A DNA stretch of 64,000 nt from Acidimicrobiaceae bacterium (GTDB taxonomy: Bacteria; Actinomycetota; Acidimicrobiia; Acidimicrobiales; RAAP-2). Shown here one piece after another: positions 35,093-44,468 of this stretch. Made by a program: the position numbers and the translations under genes. The first letter of the stretch is position 1. Each line of letters begins with the position of its first letter. Under the pieces are notes generated by a model. The model searched no databases and had not been told where the DNA came from. It worked only from the letters and a program-made list of their open reading frames with translations. The DNA lies in assembly GCA_947456095.1 (NCBI GenBank), contig CANGPX010000001.1:771-64770 (forward strand), written 5' to 3'.

Positions 35093-36487
35093 ATGGGTGC
35101 TCCGGTGGTGACAGCAATTTCACCGGGATCTCCAGCAGATCTTGCAGGCGTGCTTGTTGGCGATGAGTTGCTCTCAATCAATGCGGTTTCGCCAATGGAC
35201 GTGATTGAGTATCACCAGTTAACCGATGGGAAAAATCCCGTCTTTATTGTCCGCAGAAGCGGGCAAGCGCTTGATCTCCGGCTGGTGATTGCAAAAGATC
35301 CCGGAGTTCCAGTCGGGATTGAAGTGTCTTCTGCGGTCTTTGACCGTATTCGAACCTGTGACAACCACTGCAGTTTCTGTTTCATCTATCAATTGCCAAA
35401 GGGCCTGCGCAAAAGCCTCTACCTGAAAGACGACGACTACCGCCTGTCGTTTCTCTACGGAAACTTCACCACGCTGACTCGTTTCACCGAACTCGACGCT
35501 GAACGAGTTCTCGAAGAACACCTCTCGCCGCTCTATGTTTCGATCCATGCGACAGACCCACTTGTTCGGGCTGATCTGTTGCGGAATCCACGTGGAGCCA
35601 CCAGCCTGCGTTGGCTCAAAGTCCTGCTCGAAGGTGGCATTGAAATCCATGGTCAAGTCGTCGTGTGTCCCGGGGTCAATGACGGCGCTGTCCTCGAAGA
35701 CACCTTGCTGACGCTGCTTGATGAGTATCCGCAACTCGAGACCATTGGTGTTGTTCCTCTTGGCCTGTCGGATCATTCCGGTGAGCCAACCATGCGAGCG
35801 CACACGACCGAGCAAGCAGATGCAGTGATTGATCTCGTTGAGGCTCATCAACGTCGCTGCAAGCGTGCGCTTGGCAAAAAAGTAGTTTTCGCCTCAGATG
35901 AGTACTACTTGCTTGCGAAGCGAACTCTCCCGTCACTTCGGGTCTACGACGGAGTTCCCCAACACGAAAACGGTGTGGGCATGATTCGCACCTTTGAACG
36001 TGAACTGCTGCGACGAACAACTGAGCATCACACTCGGCATTCTGGCTTCTTCCAAGCCGTAGATGGAGCTCCAGCCGAGGGATATCGAGCCGTGCGGAGC
36101 ACTTCGCATTCGAGTACTGAAGGTGATGATCGACCTGTCACGATTCTGACGGGAAGCTACGGAGCAATGGTCTTGCCCCCACTTGTGGCGCAGCTTGGAC
36201 GCGATGACGTCACCATTGTTGAAGTAGAGAATCGATTCTTTGGCGGAAATATCTCTGTTGCTGGCTTGCTCGTCGCTGAAGACATCAATCGGGTCTTGGC
36301 GACAGTCCCAGCAGAACATCGTGTGCTGTTGCCTGATGTGTGTCTTTCAGGAGATCGCTTTCTTGACGGTTTTACCCTTTCTGACCTGCGACGAGATGTT
36401 GAGGTTCTTGAAACAAGTGGTGCAGCGCTTCGGCGCGCACTCCTCCATCCATCATCACCGAAGCAGGTAGACAAGGTCGCATCATGA
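35093..36487 (+). CDS. PDZ-domain / CX3CX2C Fe-S (radical-SAM-like) DUF512 protein
   Basis: N-terminal PDZ (ISPGSPADLAGVLVGDELLSING-like), CDNHCSFCF cluster motif and DDDYRLSFLYGNFTTLT. Start taken at ATG 35093, because the longer ORF from 34850 overlaps ispH. ATGA overlap with der. Confidence 0.75.
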   Translation: MGAPVVTAISPGSPADLAGVLVGDELLSINAVSPMDVIEYHQLTDGKNPVFIVRRSGQALDLRLVIAKDPGVPVGIEVSSAVFDRIRTCDNHCSFCFIYQLPKGLRKSLYLKDDDYRLSFLYGNFTTLTRFTELDAERVLEEHLSPLYVSIHATDPLVRADLLRNPRGATSLRWLKVLLEGGIEIHGQVVVCPGVNDGAVLEDTLLTLLDEYPQLETIGVVPLGLSDHSGEPTMRAHTTEQADAVIDLVEAHQRRCKRALGKKVVFASDEYYLLAKRTLPSLRVYDGVPQHENGVGMIRTFERELLRRTTEHHTRHSGFFQAVDGAPAEGYRAVRSTSHSSTEGDDRPVTILTGSYGAMVLPPLVAQLGRDDVTIVEVENRFFGGNISVAGLLVAEDINRVLATVPAEHRVLLPDVCLSGDRFLDGFTLSDLRRDVEVLETSGAALRRALLHPSSPKQVDKVAS

Positions 36488-37806
36488 CAAACAGTGAAGT
36501 TGTTCTGAAGAAGCAAACCGTTGTCGTCGTAGGTCGGCCAAACGTTGGAAAGTCCTCACTCATCAACAGAATTGTTGGCCGTCGTTTGGCCGTCGTTGAA
36601 GAAGAGCCAGGCGTCACGAGAGATCGTAAAGTTTTCGACGCCGAATGGAACGGTGTTGATTTTCACCTCGTCGACACAGGGGGTTGGCTTTCTGGTGGAT
36701 CGGCCTTAGACCGAGAAGTCAGCCGACAATCAGTCAAAGCGCTTGATGATGCAGATCTCGTGTTGTTCGTCGTCGACGTGCAAACCGGAGTCACCGGCGA
36801 AGATTTAGAAGCTGCACGCCTCGTCCAGCGCACCGGTTCAACAACGTTCCTTGTGGCCAACAAAGTCGATGACCTGCGTCACGAACAGCTCGCTTGGGAG
36901 TTCTTGCAACTCGGTCTTGGCGAGGCGCATCTCGTCAGTGCGCAGCACGGGCGAGGAACTGGTGATCTGCTTGATGCAGTTACCTCCGCTCTTCTTGCAC
37001 TCGGCCCTGTTGAAGACACTGATGCCGCTGATGTTGCCATTCCACGAATTGCCATTATTGGTCGACCAAATGTTGGCAAGTCCACGCTGTTTAATCGCCT
37101 CATTGGCGAAGAACGAAGCGTCGTGTTCGACATGCCTGGCACAACTCGCGACGCTATTGACACTGTGGTGGAAACCGAAGACGGACCCCTGTGTTTCATT
37201 GACACCGCTGGCATGCGCAGGCGAGCGCGAACTGAGCGAGGTAGCGAGCAGCACTCAGTACTTCGAGCGCTTGAAGCCTTAGAGCGCGCTGATCTTGCTC
37301 TGCTGGTGATTGATGCCACTGAAGGAGCAACCCACCAAGATCAACGTCTTGCTGAGCGAATGGCCATCAGCGGCTGTGCGGCGGTGGTGATTCTCAATAA
37401 ATGGGAACTCGTTCCCACCGAACAGCGAGATGACATCATGGCAACCGTTGGTGATCGTTTGGCGTTCCTTGGGGCAGCACCGGTGATCAAGATCTCTGCC
37501 CAATCGGGACTTGGTGTGCATAAGATTCTCCCGGCGTTGATGGCTGCGGTCGACGCGTATCATCAGCGCGTTCCAACCGGTGCACTCAATCGGGCCATCA
37601 GAGACCTTCAACAAGCACACCCGGCTCCTGGTGCTCGGATTCGCTATGCCGTGCAAGGCGCAATTGATCCACCAACGTTCACCTTGTTCGCCAGTGGTGA
37701 GCTTCCAGCAACGTATCTTCGCTACGTTGAGCGTTCACTTCGCGAGCGGTTTGAACTAGGGGCAACTCCAATCAAGATTCGCGTTCGAACTGGTGGCGGT
37801 CGCTAA
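36484..37806 (+). CDS. der: Ribosome-associated GTPase Der (EngA), tandem G domains
   Basis: Two P-loops, GRPNVGKSSL and GRPNVGKSTL; DTGG/DTAG; NKVD/NKWE; KH-like C-terminus. Confidence 0.95.
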   Translation: MTNSEVVLKKQTVVVVGRPNVGKSSLINRIVGRRLAVVEEEPGVTRDRKVFDAEWNGVDFHLVDTGGWLSGGSALDREVSRQSVKALDDADLVLFVVDVQTGVTGEDLEAARLVQRTGSTTFLVANKVDDLRHEQLAWEFLQLGLGEAHLVSAQHGRGTGDLLDAVTSALLALGPVEDTDAADVAIPRIAIIGRPNVGKSTLFNRLIGEERSVVFDMPGTTRDAIDTVVETEDGPLCFIDTAGMRRRARTERGSEQHSVLRALEALERADLALLVIDATEGATHQDQRLAERMAISGCAAVVILNKWELVPTEQRDDIMATVGDRLAFLGAAPVIKISAQSGLGVHKILPALMAAVDAYHQRVPTGALNRAIRDLQQAHPAPGARIRYAVQGAIDPPTFTLFASGELPATYLRYVERSLRERFELGATPIKIRVRTGGGR

Positions 37807-37809
37807 CTC

Positions 37810-38010
37810 GTGGCGTGGTGCGACACCTGCATCGCGAGTGTGAATGACGACATCGTTGGCACAGACGGAGCCTGCCCAACGTGCGGTTCGATCATCGTCG
37901 CGCCAACGAGACGCCCACCATCAGCCAAGTTCTGGATCTTTGTTGCTGGGACTGCGGTGTATCTCGTGTGGCGCATTGTTCAACTCATTCAGTGGCTGTT
38001 GCACCCGTGA
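37810..38010 (+). CDS. Small zinc-ribbon membrane protein (66 aa)
   Basis: GTG 3 nt after the der stop. CDTC...(14 aa)...CPTC followed by one TM helix, FWIFVAGTAVYLVWRIVQLI. No family recognised. Confidence 0.45.
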   Translation: MAWCDTCIASVNDDIVGTDGACPTCGSIIVAPTRRPPSAKFWIFVAGTAVYLVWRIVQLIQWLLHP

Positions 38011-38057
38011 CGTTGAAGATGCGGTGATTTGGCTCAATCAACACTAAGTTTTGCCCC

Positions 38058-38576
38058 ATGGCGATCTATGCACTTGGCGATCTGGTTCCACTCGTTCACG
38101 AAACGGCGTTCGTGCACCCAATGGCAACGGTCATTGGTGACGTCACCATTGGAGCGGAGTCCACGATCTGGCCAGGGGCGGTTCTTCGAGGCGACAACGG
38201 CCAAATTCGCATTGGAGAGCGGACATCGGTCCAAGATGGAACCGTCGTCCACTGCGGCCCAACTTTTCCCACCATCATTGGCGATGACTGCGTGATTGGT
38301 CATCTCGCTCACCTCGAAGGTTGCATCTTGGAAAATGGTTGCCTTGTTGGTTCGGGATCAGTGGTGCTGCACCATGCAGTCGTCGAGTCTGGCGCCACCG
38401 TTGGAGCAAACGCAGTGGTCGGCAATCGAAAGACCGTTCCGGCGGGGGCTTTGGCCGTTGGCGTGCCAGCAGTCATCAAAGAAGGAGCCTCGTCAGCCAT
38501 CGTCATTGAGTATTCAGCTCAGTCCTATGTGGAAAATGGCCACCGCTTCCGGCGTGAGATGCGCCAGATCGACTAA
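38058..38576 (+). CDS. Gamma-class carbonic anhydrase-like / left-handed beta-helix (hexapeptide) protein
   Basis: VHETAFVHPMATVIGDVTIGAESTIWPGAVLRGD...IRIGERTSVQDGTVVH is typical of the gamma-CA/YrdA/PaaY family, including the His ligands. Confidence 0.85.
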   Translation: MAIYALGDLVPLVHETAFVHPMATVIGDVTIGAESTIWPGAVLRGDNGQIRIGERTSVQDGTVVHCGPTFPTIIGDDCVIGHLAHLEGCILENGCLVGSGSVVLHHAVVESGATVGANAVVGNRKTVPAGALAVGVPAVIKEGASSAIVIEYSAQSYVENGHRFRREMRQID

Positions 38577-38577
38577 C

Positions 38578-39990
38578 TCACGAATCGAAGCCAATCCCGA
38601 GAATATCGAGGAGTCTCAGCCACAAGTTCCGTTTCCCCTCACGGCGGTCTGCGCGTTCGATCGACCAAGTAGTCAACCGAATGGCAAGAAAGCGAAATGG
38701 CTCTGGAGGGAACGGCACAGGTTTCCGGCGAACCATTTTCAGCCGAGTTTTCTCGTTCTCGACACCATCTAAGAGGTCAAGCATGACCTCGGCTCCAAAT
38801 CGAGTTGCCGCCACACCAAGTCCGGTAAAGCCGAGAACGTAGGCGACGTTGCCGCGATGCGCTGTGCCCCAAAATGAACTGAACCGAGAGCAGGTGTCAA
38901 TTGCTCCACCCCAGGCGTGAGTGAACGAGATGCCTTCAAGCTGCGGGAACGTGTGGACGAAGTGGCTGGCGAGTCGGGCAAAGGTCTGTGGAGCATCTTC
39001 GTATTCACTTCGGATTTGGCTGCGAAAGTGATAGACCGCGTCGTATCCGCCAAACAGGATCGATCCATCAGCAGTGAGTCGGTAGTAGTGGAAGCGATTT
39101 CCCGCATCGGAAATCCCCTCTCGCCCGAACCAACCAATCGCAGCACGTTGCGAGTCCGTGAGTGGAGCGGTTGCTAACTGAAAGTCATAGACCGGCACGA
39201 CGTAGCGACGAACGCCTCGAATGAGTGAAGGAAAGACATTGGTGCCGAGAGCAACCTTTTTGGCCGAGACCTTGGCGTAGGGCGTCTCAACGATGATGCC
39301 ATCTTGTTGGCGGCGAAGCCCAGTTGCCTTCGTGTGTTCAAAGATTTCAACGCCAAGAGACAAGCAAGCCCGCTCAAGACCCCAGACAAGGCGTGCTGGA
39401 TCGACCATTGCCGTTCCGTCAGGGTCGAAGATTCCACCGAGATACGTTGGCGAGTTGACCCGATCACAAACCTGTTCTCGACTCAGAATCTCCACATTGT
39501 CGCCAGCGGCGTTTCGCTCATGGGCTTGATCAATGAGCTCTTGGAGTTGCCAGGGCTCGACGGCAACGGTGAGTTCGCCAGTGCGTTCAAAATCGCAATC
39601 AATGCCGTAACGGTTGATGGTTTCCTCAATGGCTTGGAGGTTTTCGAGCCCGAGCCGTTCTAGCGTTGCAATCTCTTTTGGAAATCGACGACGACCATTT
39701 TCGAATCCATGAGTGAGCGAACGAGAGCAAAATCCGCCATTTCGCCCTGATGCGCCAGCACCGGTTTCTCGCTGTTCGAGCACGATCACTGAACGAGCTG
39801 GATCTCGTTCCTTGGCCAAGAGGGCTGTCCACAGTCCGGTGTAGCCAGCGCCAATAATGCACAAGTCCACGAACCGGTCATTCACCAACGCAGGATGGGG
39901 ATTTGGCTCAAGGGGGTCTTCATCAAGCCACCACGCAACTGGCTGAGCATCGGCAAGATTTCTCACATGAAGTGGGTTGACTTCTTCCAT
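38578..39990 (-). CDS. FAD-dependent oxidoreductase (DAO family, gamma-glutamylputrescine-oxidase-like)
   Basis: DLCIIGAGYTGLWTAL dinucleotide fold and GASGRNGG. 470 aa. Confidence 0.8.
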   Translation of the reverse strand: MEEVNPLHVRNLADAQPVAWWLDEDPLEPNPHPALVNDRFVDLCIIGAGYTGLWTALLAKERDPARSVIVLEQRETGAGASGRNGGFCSRSLTHGFENGRRRFPKEIATLERLGLENLQAIEETINRYGIDCDFERTGELTVAVEPWQLQELIDQAHERNAAGDNVEILSREQVCDRVNSPTYLGGIFDPDGTAMVDPARLVWGLERACLSLGVEIFEHTKATGLRRQQDGIIVETPYAKVSAKKVALGTNVFPSLIRGVRRYVVPVYDFQLATAPLTDSQRAAIGWFGREGISDAGNRFHYYRLTADGSILFGGYDAVYHFRSQIRSEYEDAPQTFARLASHFVHTFPQLEGISFTHAWGGAIDTCSRFSSFWGTAHRGNVAYVLGFTGLGVAATRFGAEVMLDLLDGVENEKTRLKMVRRKPVPFPPEPFRFLAIRLTTWSIERADRREGKRNLWLRLLDILGIGFDS

Positions 39991-40057
39991 AATGCCAGCG
40001 GCCCACTGGCTTCACCGCCATCCTCATCCGGCCAAGGCAAATTCTAGGCTGTTCGGT

Positions 40058-41218
40058 TTAGATCAGCGAGCGATGCTCAAGGGCGTCAACTGCTCCATAC
40101 GTTGCAGTCCTGAGTGCAGCATTCCTCGTGCTCTGCCAACGCGGGGTTACTTGATTCATGACGTAGCCAAAGGCAATTTGGGCAGTCGGATCGCAGAACC
40201 CGAGAGCTCCACCGGTACCAAAATGGCCGAAACTGTTTGGATTCGGACCGAGCGGTCGTCGAGACGTTGTTGGGGTGAAGCCCAGTCCAAACGTGGCCAC
40301 TTCGCCGAGAATGGGACAAAATCCCTCCGATTGCACCGAGGTTGCTTCGGCGAGCAACTGACTACTGACCAAGGTGTTGGGTTGCAGAAGCGCGCGGTAG
40401 AAGGTGGCGACTCCCTTCGCCGTGGCATGCATATTGGTCGACGGGACAACGCAGCGACGCCACCGAGTGGTGTTCACGAGGCCCATTGACGAATAACCCG
40501 GGGGATTGAAGTAGCTCCTGAGCGCCATGGAACTCTCGTCAGTTCGTTCACCGAGTTGCAAAGTACTCGGATCAAGCGGGGAAGTGAACTCGATATCGGC
40601 ACAACGTTCAATGAGGTCTTCGGCGAGGCCGACGTAGATTTCTGCGCCAAGGTCTTTCATTGCGTCGCCAAGCACCAGATGAACCCCTCGACCAGAGCTA
40701 CGCCGAACGATTTCACCAATCAGATGACCGTAGGTATTTGTGTGATAGGCGTGGGCCGTACCTGGTTCGTGCCAGGGCTTGGTGTTGGCAAGGGCGCATG
40801 CCATGGTGTCCCAATCTTCAAGATCATTGTTGCTCAGGAGTTGGTCAATGGCGGGAACGCCTGCTTGATGACACAACGCCATGCGTACCGTCGTTTTCTG
40901 TTTGCCAAAGGCGGCAAACTCAGGCCAGAAATTTGCCAGTGGTTCATCAAGAGCAATTGCGCCTTGATCTATTTGCTGTAGCGCTAACAACCCAAGAATT
41001 GCCTTACCGACTGAATACACATTGACCAACGTGTCACTTGTAAATGGGGAGTTCTTGGTGCTGGACTTCAGCCCACCAACGAGATCAACTACGAGTTCGC
41101 CGCGATAAAAAATCGTTACCTGGGCCCCAAGTTCGCCGCGAGAGGTGAAGTTCTCTTCAAACGCTGCTTTGACAACCTCAAAGCCGGGAGCGACGATTCC
41201 ACTGACCGCAACATCCAT
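40058..41218 (-). CDS. Serine hydrolase, beta-lactamase fold (class C / EstB-like esterase)
   Basis: SxxK = SVGK in VYSVGKAI. Also a YHTN (YxN-like) motif and a HFGTGG (KTG-equivalent) motif. Confidence 0.8.
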   Translation of the reverse strand: MDVAVSGIVAPGFEVVKAAFEENFTSRGELGAQVTIFYRGELVVDLVGGLKSSTKNSPFTSDTLVNVYSVGKAILGLLALQQIDQGAIALDEPLANFWPEFAAFGKQKTTVRMALCHQAGVPAIDQLLSNNDLEDWDTMACALANTKPWHEPGTAHAYHTNTYGHLIGEIVRRSSGRGVHLVLGDAMKDLGAEIYVGLAEDLIERCADIEFTSPLDPSTLQLGERTDESSMALRSYFNPPGYSSMGLVNTTRWRRCVVPSTNMHATAKGVATFYRALLQPNTLVSSQLLAEATSVQSEGFCPILGEVATFGLGFTPTTSRRPLGPNPNSFGHFGTGGALGFCDPTAQIAFGYVMNQVTPRWQSTRNAALRTATYGAVDALEHRSLI

Positions 41219-41223
41219 TGCAA

Positions 41224-42204
41224 TCAGTTGCCAGTAAGAATTTTGCGGGGATTTTCAACCAGCATGGTGTGAAGATGCTCTTCAGTAACCCCGTGATCTT
41301 TGAGATAGGGGATGACGTCGTTCATGAGGTGGAGGTAGTGCCAGTCGGGAAGCATTGGCATCATGTTGGGGTCAATCCAATCGATGTAACACGAGGCATC
41401 GTGCGAGAGCACCATGGATTGAGCAAATCCTCGTTCACACATCGAAACGACCGTGTCAGCTCGCGCCTCAAAGGTCGTTGCCAGATTGATGCCGAAGCGG
41501 TCCATACCCAGCCAAAAGCCTTGCGACGCCAGATCAGTCAAGTGTTCGAGATCGGTTGAGTCCCCACTATGACCGAGAACCACTCGGCTTGGAGCAACAC
41601 CTTCTTCGGCGAGTACCCGGGCCGCTACGAGCCCTTGACGAGTTTCGGGATGCGTATGCACCGTGATGGGAGTGCCGGTGGCAACATGCGCTTTGGCCAC
41701 CGCACGCATCACTCGCTCAACTCCACGAGTGAGTCCAGGAGTATCAATCGCGCACTTCAACATTCCTGCTTTCACGCCCGTTCCGGCGATACCGTCTCGA
41801 ATGTCGCCAATGAACAGGTCCACCATTGGGTCAGGCAGATCCATGCCGAGTGCCTCATTGAGTGCGGGACCTCGGTGATGGAAAAAGAACGGCACATCGT
41901 TGTAGGTGTAGCAACCAGTTGCGACCACAATGTTGAGCTCAGGCACTAACTCCGCAATGCGAGCAATGCGGGGGATATATCGACCAAGGCCAACAACGGT
42001 CGGATCGACAATTGTCGTGACTCCACTGTTTGCCAATGCGGTCAATTTCTCCACTGCATCGGCAATGCGAACTTCTTCGTCACCCCATTCATCTGGGTAG
42101 TTGATCTGCATGTCGGCTGACATGGTGAAGATGTGTTCGTGCATATAGGTCGTGCCAAGTGCCTCAGCGTTCACTGGTCCGCGCACGGTTTCAACTTGGG
42201 ACAT
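41224..42204 (-). CDS. Phosphotriesterase-family protein (PTE-like lactonase / PHP)
   Basis: TYMHEHIF (HxH), GMLKCAI (carbamylated-Lys position), TVHTH, LGHSGD and LSHD metal-ligand series of the amidohydrolase PTE family. Confidence 0.85.
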   Translation of the reverse strand: MSQVETVRGPVNAEALGTTYMHEHIFTMSADMQINYPDEWGDEEVRIADAVEKLTALANSGVTTIVDPTVVGLGRYIPRIARIAELVPELNIVVATGCYTYNDVPFFFHHRGPALNEALGMDLPDPMVDLFIGDIRDGIAGTGVKAGMLKCAIDTPGLTRGVERVMRAVAKAHVATGTPITVHTHPETRQGLVAARVLAEEGVAPSRVVLGHSGDSTDLEHLTDLASQGFWLGMDRFGINLATTFEARADTVVSMCERGFAQSMVLSHDASCYIDWIDPNMMPMLPDWHYLHLMNDVIPYLKDHGVTEEHLHTMLVENPRKILTGN

Positions 42205-42368
42205 GACTTCTCCTCATTGTGGTCAACTCCGTCCACGCTAGGTCGCAAACGGCCTCTGGGCATGGAGCACCGAGGAGTGAGGCAATGACAGAACCTCGTG
42301 AGCAATGGTCGCTAGCGTGGTAGAGGGGATTACGGGGCTTCGGCTCCTGCTCAGACCGAAAGAACGAG

Positions 42369-44300
42369 ATGCCGCGTCCTACCGATGCAAGCGAACAATA
42401 TGTGCCGGGTCTCGATGGACTTCGAGCGCTTGCGGTCGCCGCGGTGGTTGGCTATCACCTTGGCGTTCCCCATTTGAGTGGCGGCCTGCTCGGTGTTGGA
42501 ATGTTCTTCACCTTGTCCGGGTATCTCATCACCTCCATTCTGCTTCGCTCTTGGAACACGAAAGCAAGTCTTGGACTCTCGACGTTTTGGCTGCGTCGAG
42601 CGCGAAGGCTTCTGCCTGCAGTGGCGATCGTGCTCTTTGTGGTGCTTGTTGCCACAGCGCTTTTTTCTCCAGAAGCATTTGGCGTCCGTGGCGGTGAAGC
42701 ACTAGCCGCTGGCTTCTATGTCAGTAATTGGACCACGATCATCCATGGGATTTCCTATTTCTCCCTGTTTCACCCTCCAGGGCCGCTTGATCATTTGTGG
42801 TCACTTGCAGTTGAAGAACAGTTCTATCTGGTGTGGCCACTTGTGCTGCTCGGGATGCTTCGTGTCTTTCGTGGACGTATGAGAGCGGTAGTGCTTGCAA
42901 CGCTGGCGCTTTCTGGCATTTCGTTTGGTCTTCTTGCTCTCATGGCTCATGCCACCTTGGACAACACTCGCGCGTACGAAGGCACCGATACTCGAGCTGG
43001 TGGACTTCTCCTCGGTGCGGTGCTCGCCATGGTTTGGAAACTCGGCCCCCAAGCAGTGCGCATTTCTGCAGGGGCTAGAGCATTGCTGGATGCGGTGGGC
43101 ACTTCGGCTCTCGTGGTGATTGCTTGGCTGATAGCGACAACAGATCAGTACTCGCTCTCGCTGTACTACGGCGGCATCTTGGTGCTGTCGATGGCAATGG
43201 TGGCGCTCATCGCTGTGGTCGTGCACCCTGCGTCGCTTCTCGGCCGTGCACTTGGAGTACTCCCACTTCGCTTTGTTGGAGAGCGCTCCTACGGCATCTA
43301 CCTCTGGCATCTCCCCGTTATTGCAGCATTTCCTGCCTCAATGCTGGAGGGATTGCCTCTGGTTCGCGACGTTTTCTTGATATCCATCATTTTGGCGTTG
43401 TCGTCACTATCGTGGAGGTTCGTGGAAGATCCGATTCGGCGCCTTGGTTTTCGTGGAGCACTCAGCGCCGCTGGTTCGGCGCTCTCACAAGTTCGAACGC
43501 CTGCTGTTCGTATTGGTATGAGCGCGGCATTTTTGAGTGTTGTTGCCGCCTCAGGCGTTGGTGCTGCTCAAGTGATGTCTGCACGTTCAACATCGTCAAC
43601 TACTTCCACGACCGCCACCGTCGCTCCAACGACAACACTGCGCAACGCAAATGTTGTAACGACTCCTGGTCGAACGTCTTGCAAGGTAGTCACCTATGAC
43701 GGTGATTCAACCTCGGTGAGTCTCATGTCGACGAGTTACCTTCCAAATCCTGCCGATCGCATCAATGCTCGGTTATTTGGAGTTGGCGTGCAGTCTTTTC
43801 ACAACGAAATTTCTGGTGCTCAGTCAACAACGGAGACCTGGAATGGCCAGCCCAATGCGCAACAACGCATTGGTGCACGCTGGGCATCGGGTGTGCGTGG
43901 CTGTTGGATTTTCGCACTTGGTACCAATGATTCAGCCAACTTGTCATTTCATAATGGGCCAGGTGCTCCGCGGGTTGATGCCATGATGCGCCTTGTTCAT
44001 GGCGAACCAGTCATGTGGTTAACCGTCAAAACCCTCATTTCAACTTCTCCGTACGCTGATGTGCAGATGCAAAAGTGGAATGCAGCACTCGTTGCAGCTT
44101 GCAAGCGATGGCCCAATATGCGCATCTATGACTGGCGAAGTGAAGTGCAAAATGCTTGGTACATCTCCGATGGCATTCACTTCAGTTCACCTGGCTCACA
44201 GCAGCGGGCCAAGAGAATCGCTGCGGCGCTGGCTCGTGCCTTCCCTCAAGGGCAAAAGGCATCGGCCTCGAGCATTGTTTCAAGTGGCATTCCTGGCTAG
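42369..44300 (+). CDS. Acyltransferase-3 (OafA/YrhL-type, 10-11 TMS) fused to a C-terminal SGNH domain via a Ser/Thr-rich linker
   Basis: GLDGLRALAVAAVVGYH and WSLAVEEQFY (AT3 motifs), linker STSSTTSTTATVAPTTT, then YDGDSTS, GTNDS and DGIHFS SGNH blocks. Confidence 0.85.
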   Translation: MPRPTDASEQYVPGLDGLRALAVAAVVGYHLGVPHLSGGLLGVGMFFTLSGYLITSILLRSWNTKASLGLSTFWLRRARRLLPAVAIVLFVVLVATALFSPEAFGVRGGEALAAGFYVSNWTTIIHGISYFSLFHPPGPLDHLWSLAVEEQFYLVWPLVLLGMLRVFRGRMRAVVLATLALSGISFGLLALMAHATLDNTRAYEGTDTRAGGLLLGAVLAMVWKLGPQAVRISAGARALLDAVGTSALVVIAWLIATTDQYSLSLYYGGILVLSMAMVALIAVVVHPASLLGRALGVLPLRFVGERSYGIYLWHLPVIAAFPASMLEGLPLVRDVFLISIILALSSLSWRFVEDPIRRLGFRGALSAAGSALSQVRTPAVRIGMSAAFLSVVAASGVGAAQVMSARSTSSTTSTTATVAPTTTLRNANVVTTPGRTSCKVVTYDGDSTSVSLMSTSYLPNPADRINARLFGVGVQSFHNEISGAQSTTETWNGQPNAQQRIGARWASGVRGCWIFALGTNDSANLSFHNGPGAPRVDAMMRLVHGEPVMWLTVKTLISTSPYADVQMQKWNAALVAACKRWPNMRIYDWRSEVQNAWYISDGIHFSSPGSQQRAKRIAAALARAFPQGQKASASSIVSSGIPG

Positions 44301-44468
44301 CCCAGTAACTGAAGGGCACTTCGGCGCTTCACGGCAAAGTGACTCAGAGGTCAGTTTGATCTCAAGTGCAGGAGTTGATGTGAGAGAGCGGCTGACGAGC
44401 CAATTGCATTGGATCTGACGCAGACCAATAGATCAACAGTCGAGCGCTGCAGAAGTGTGACCGAGTCC

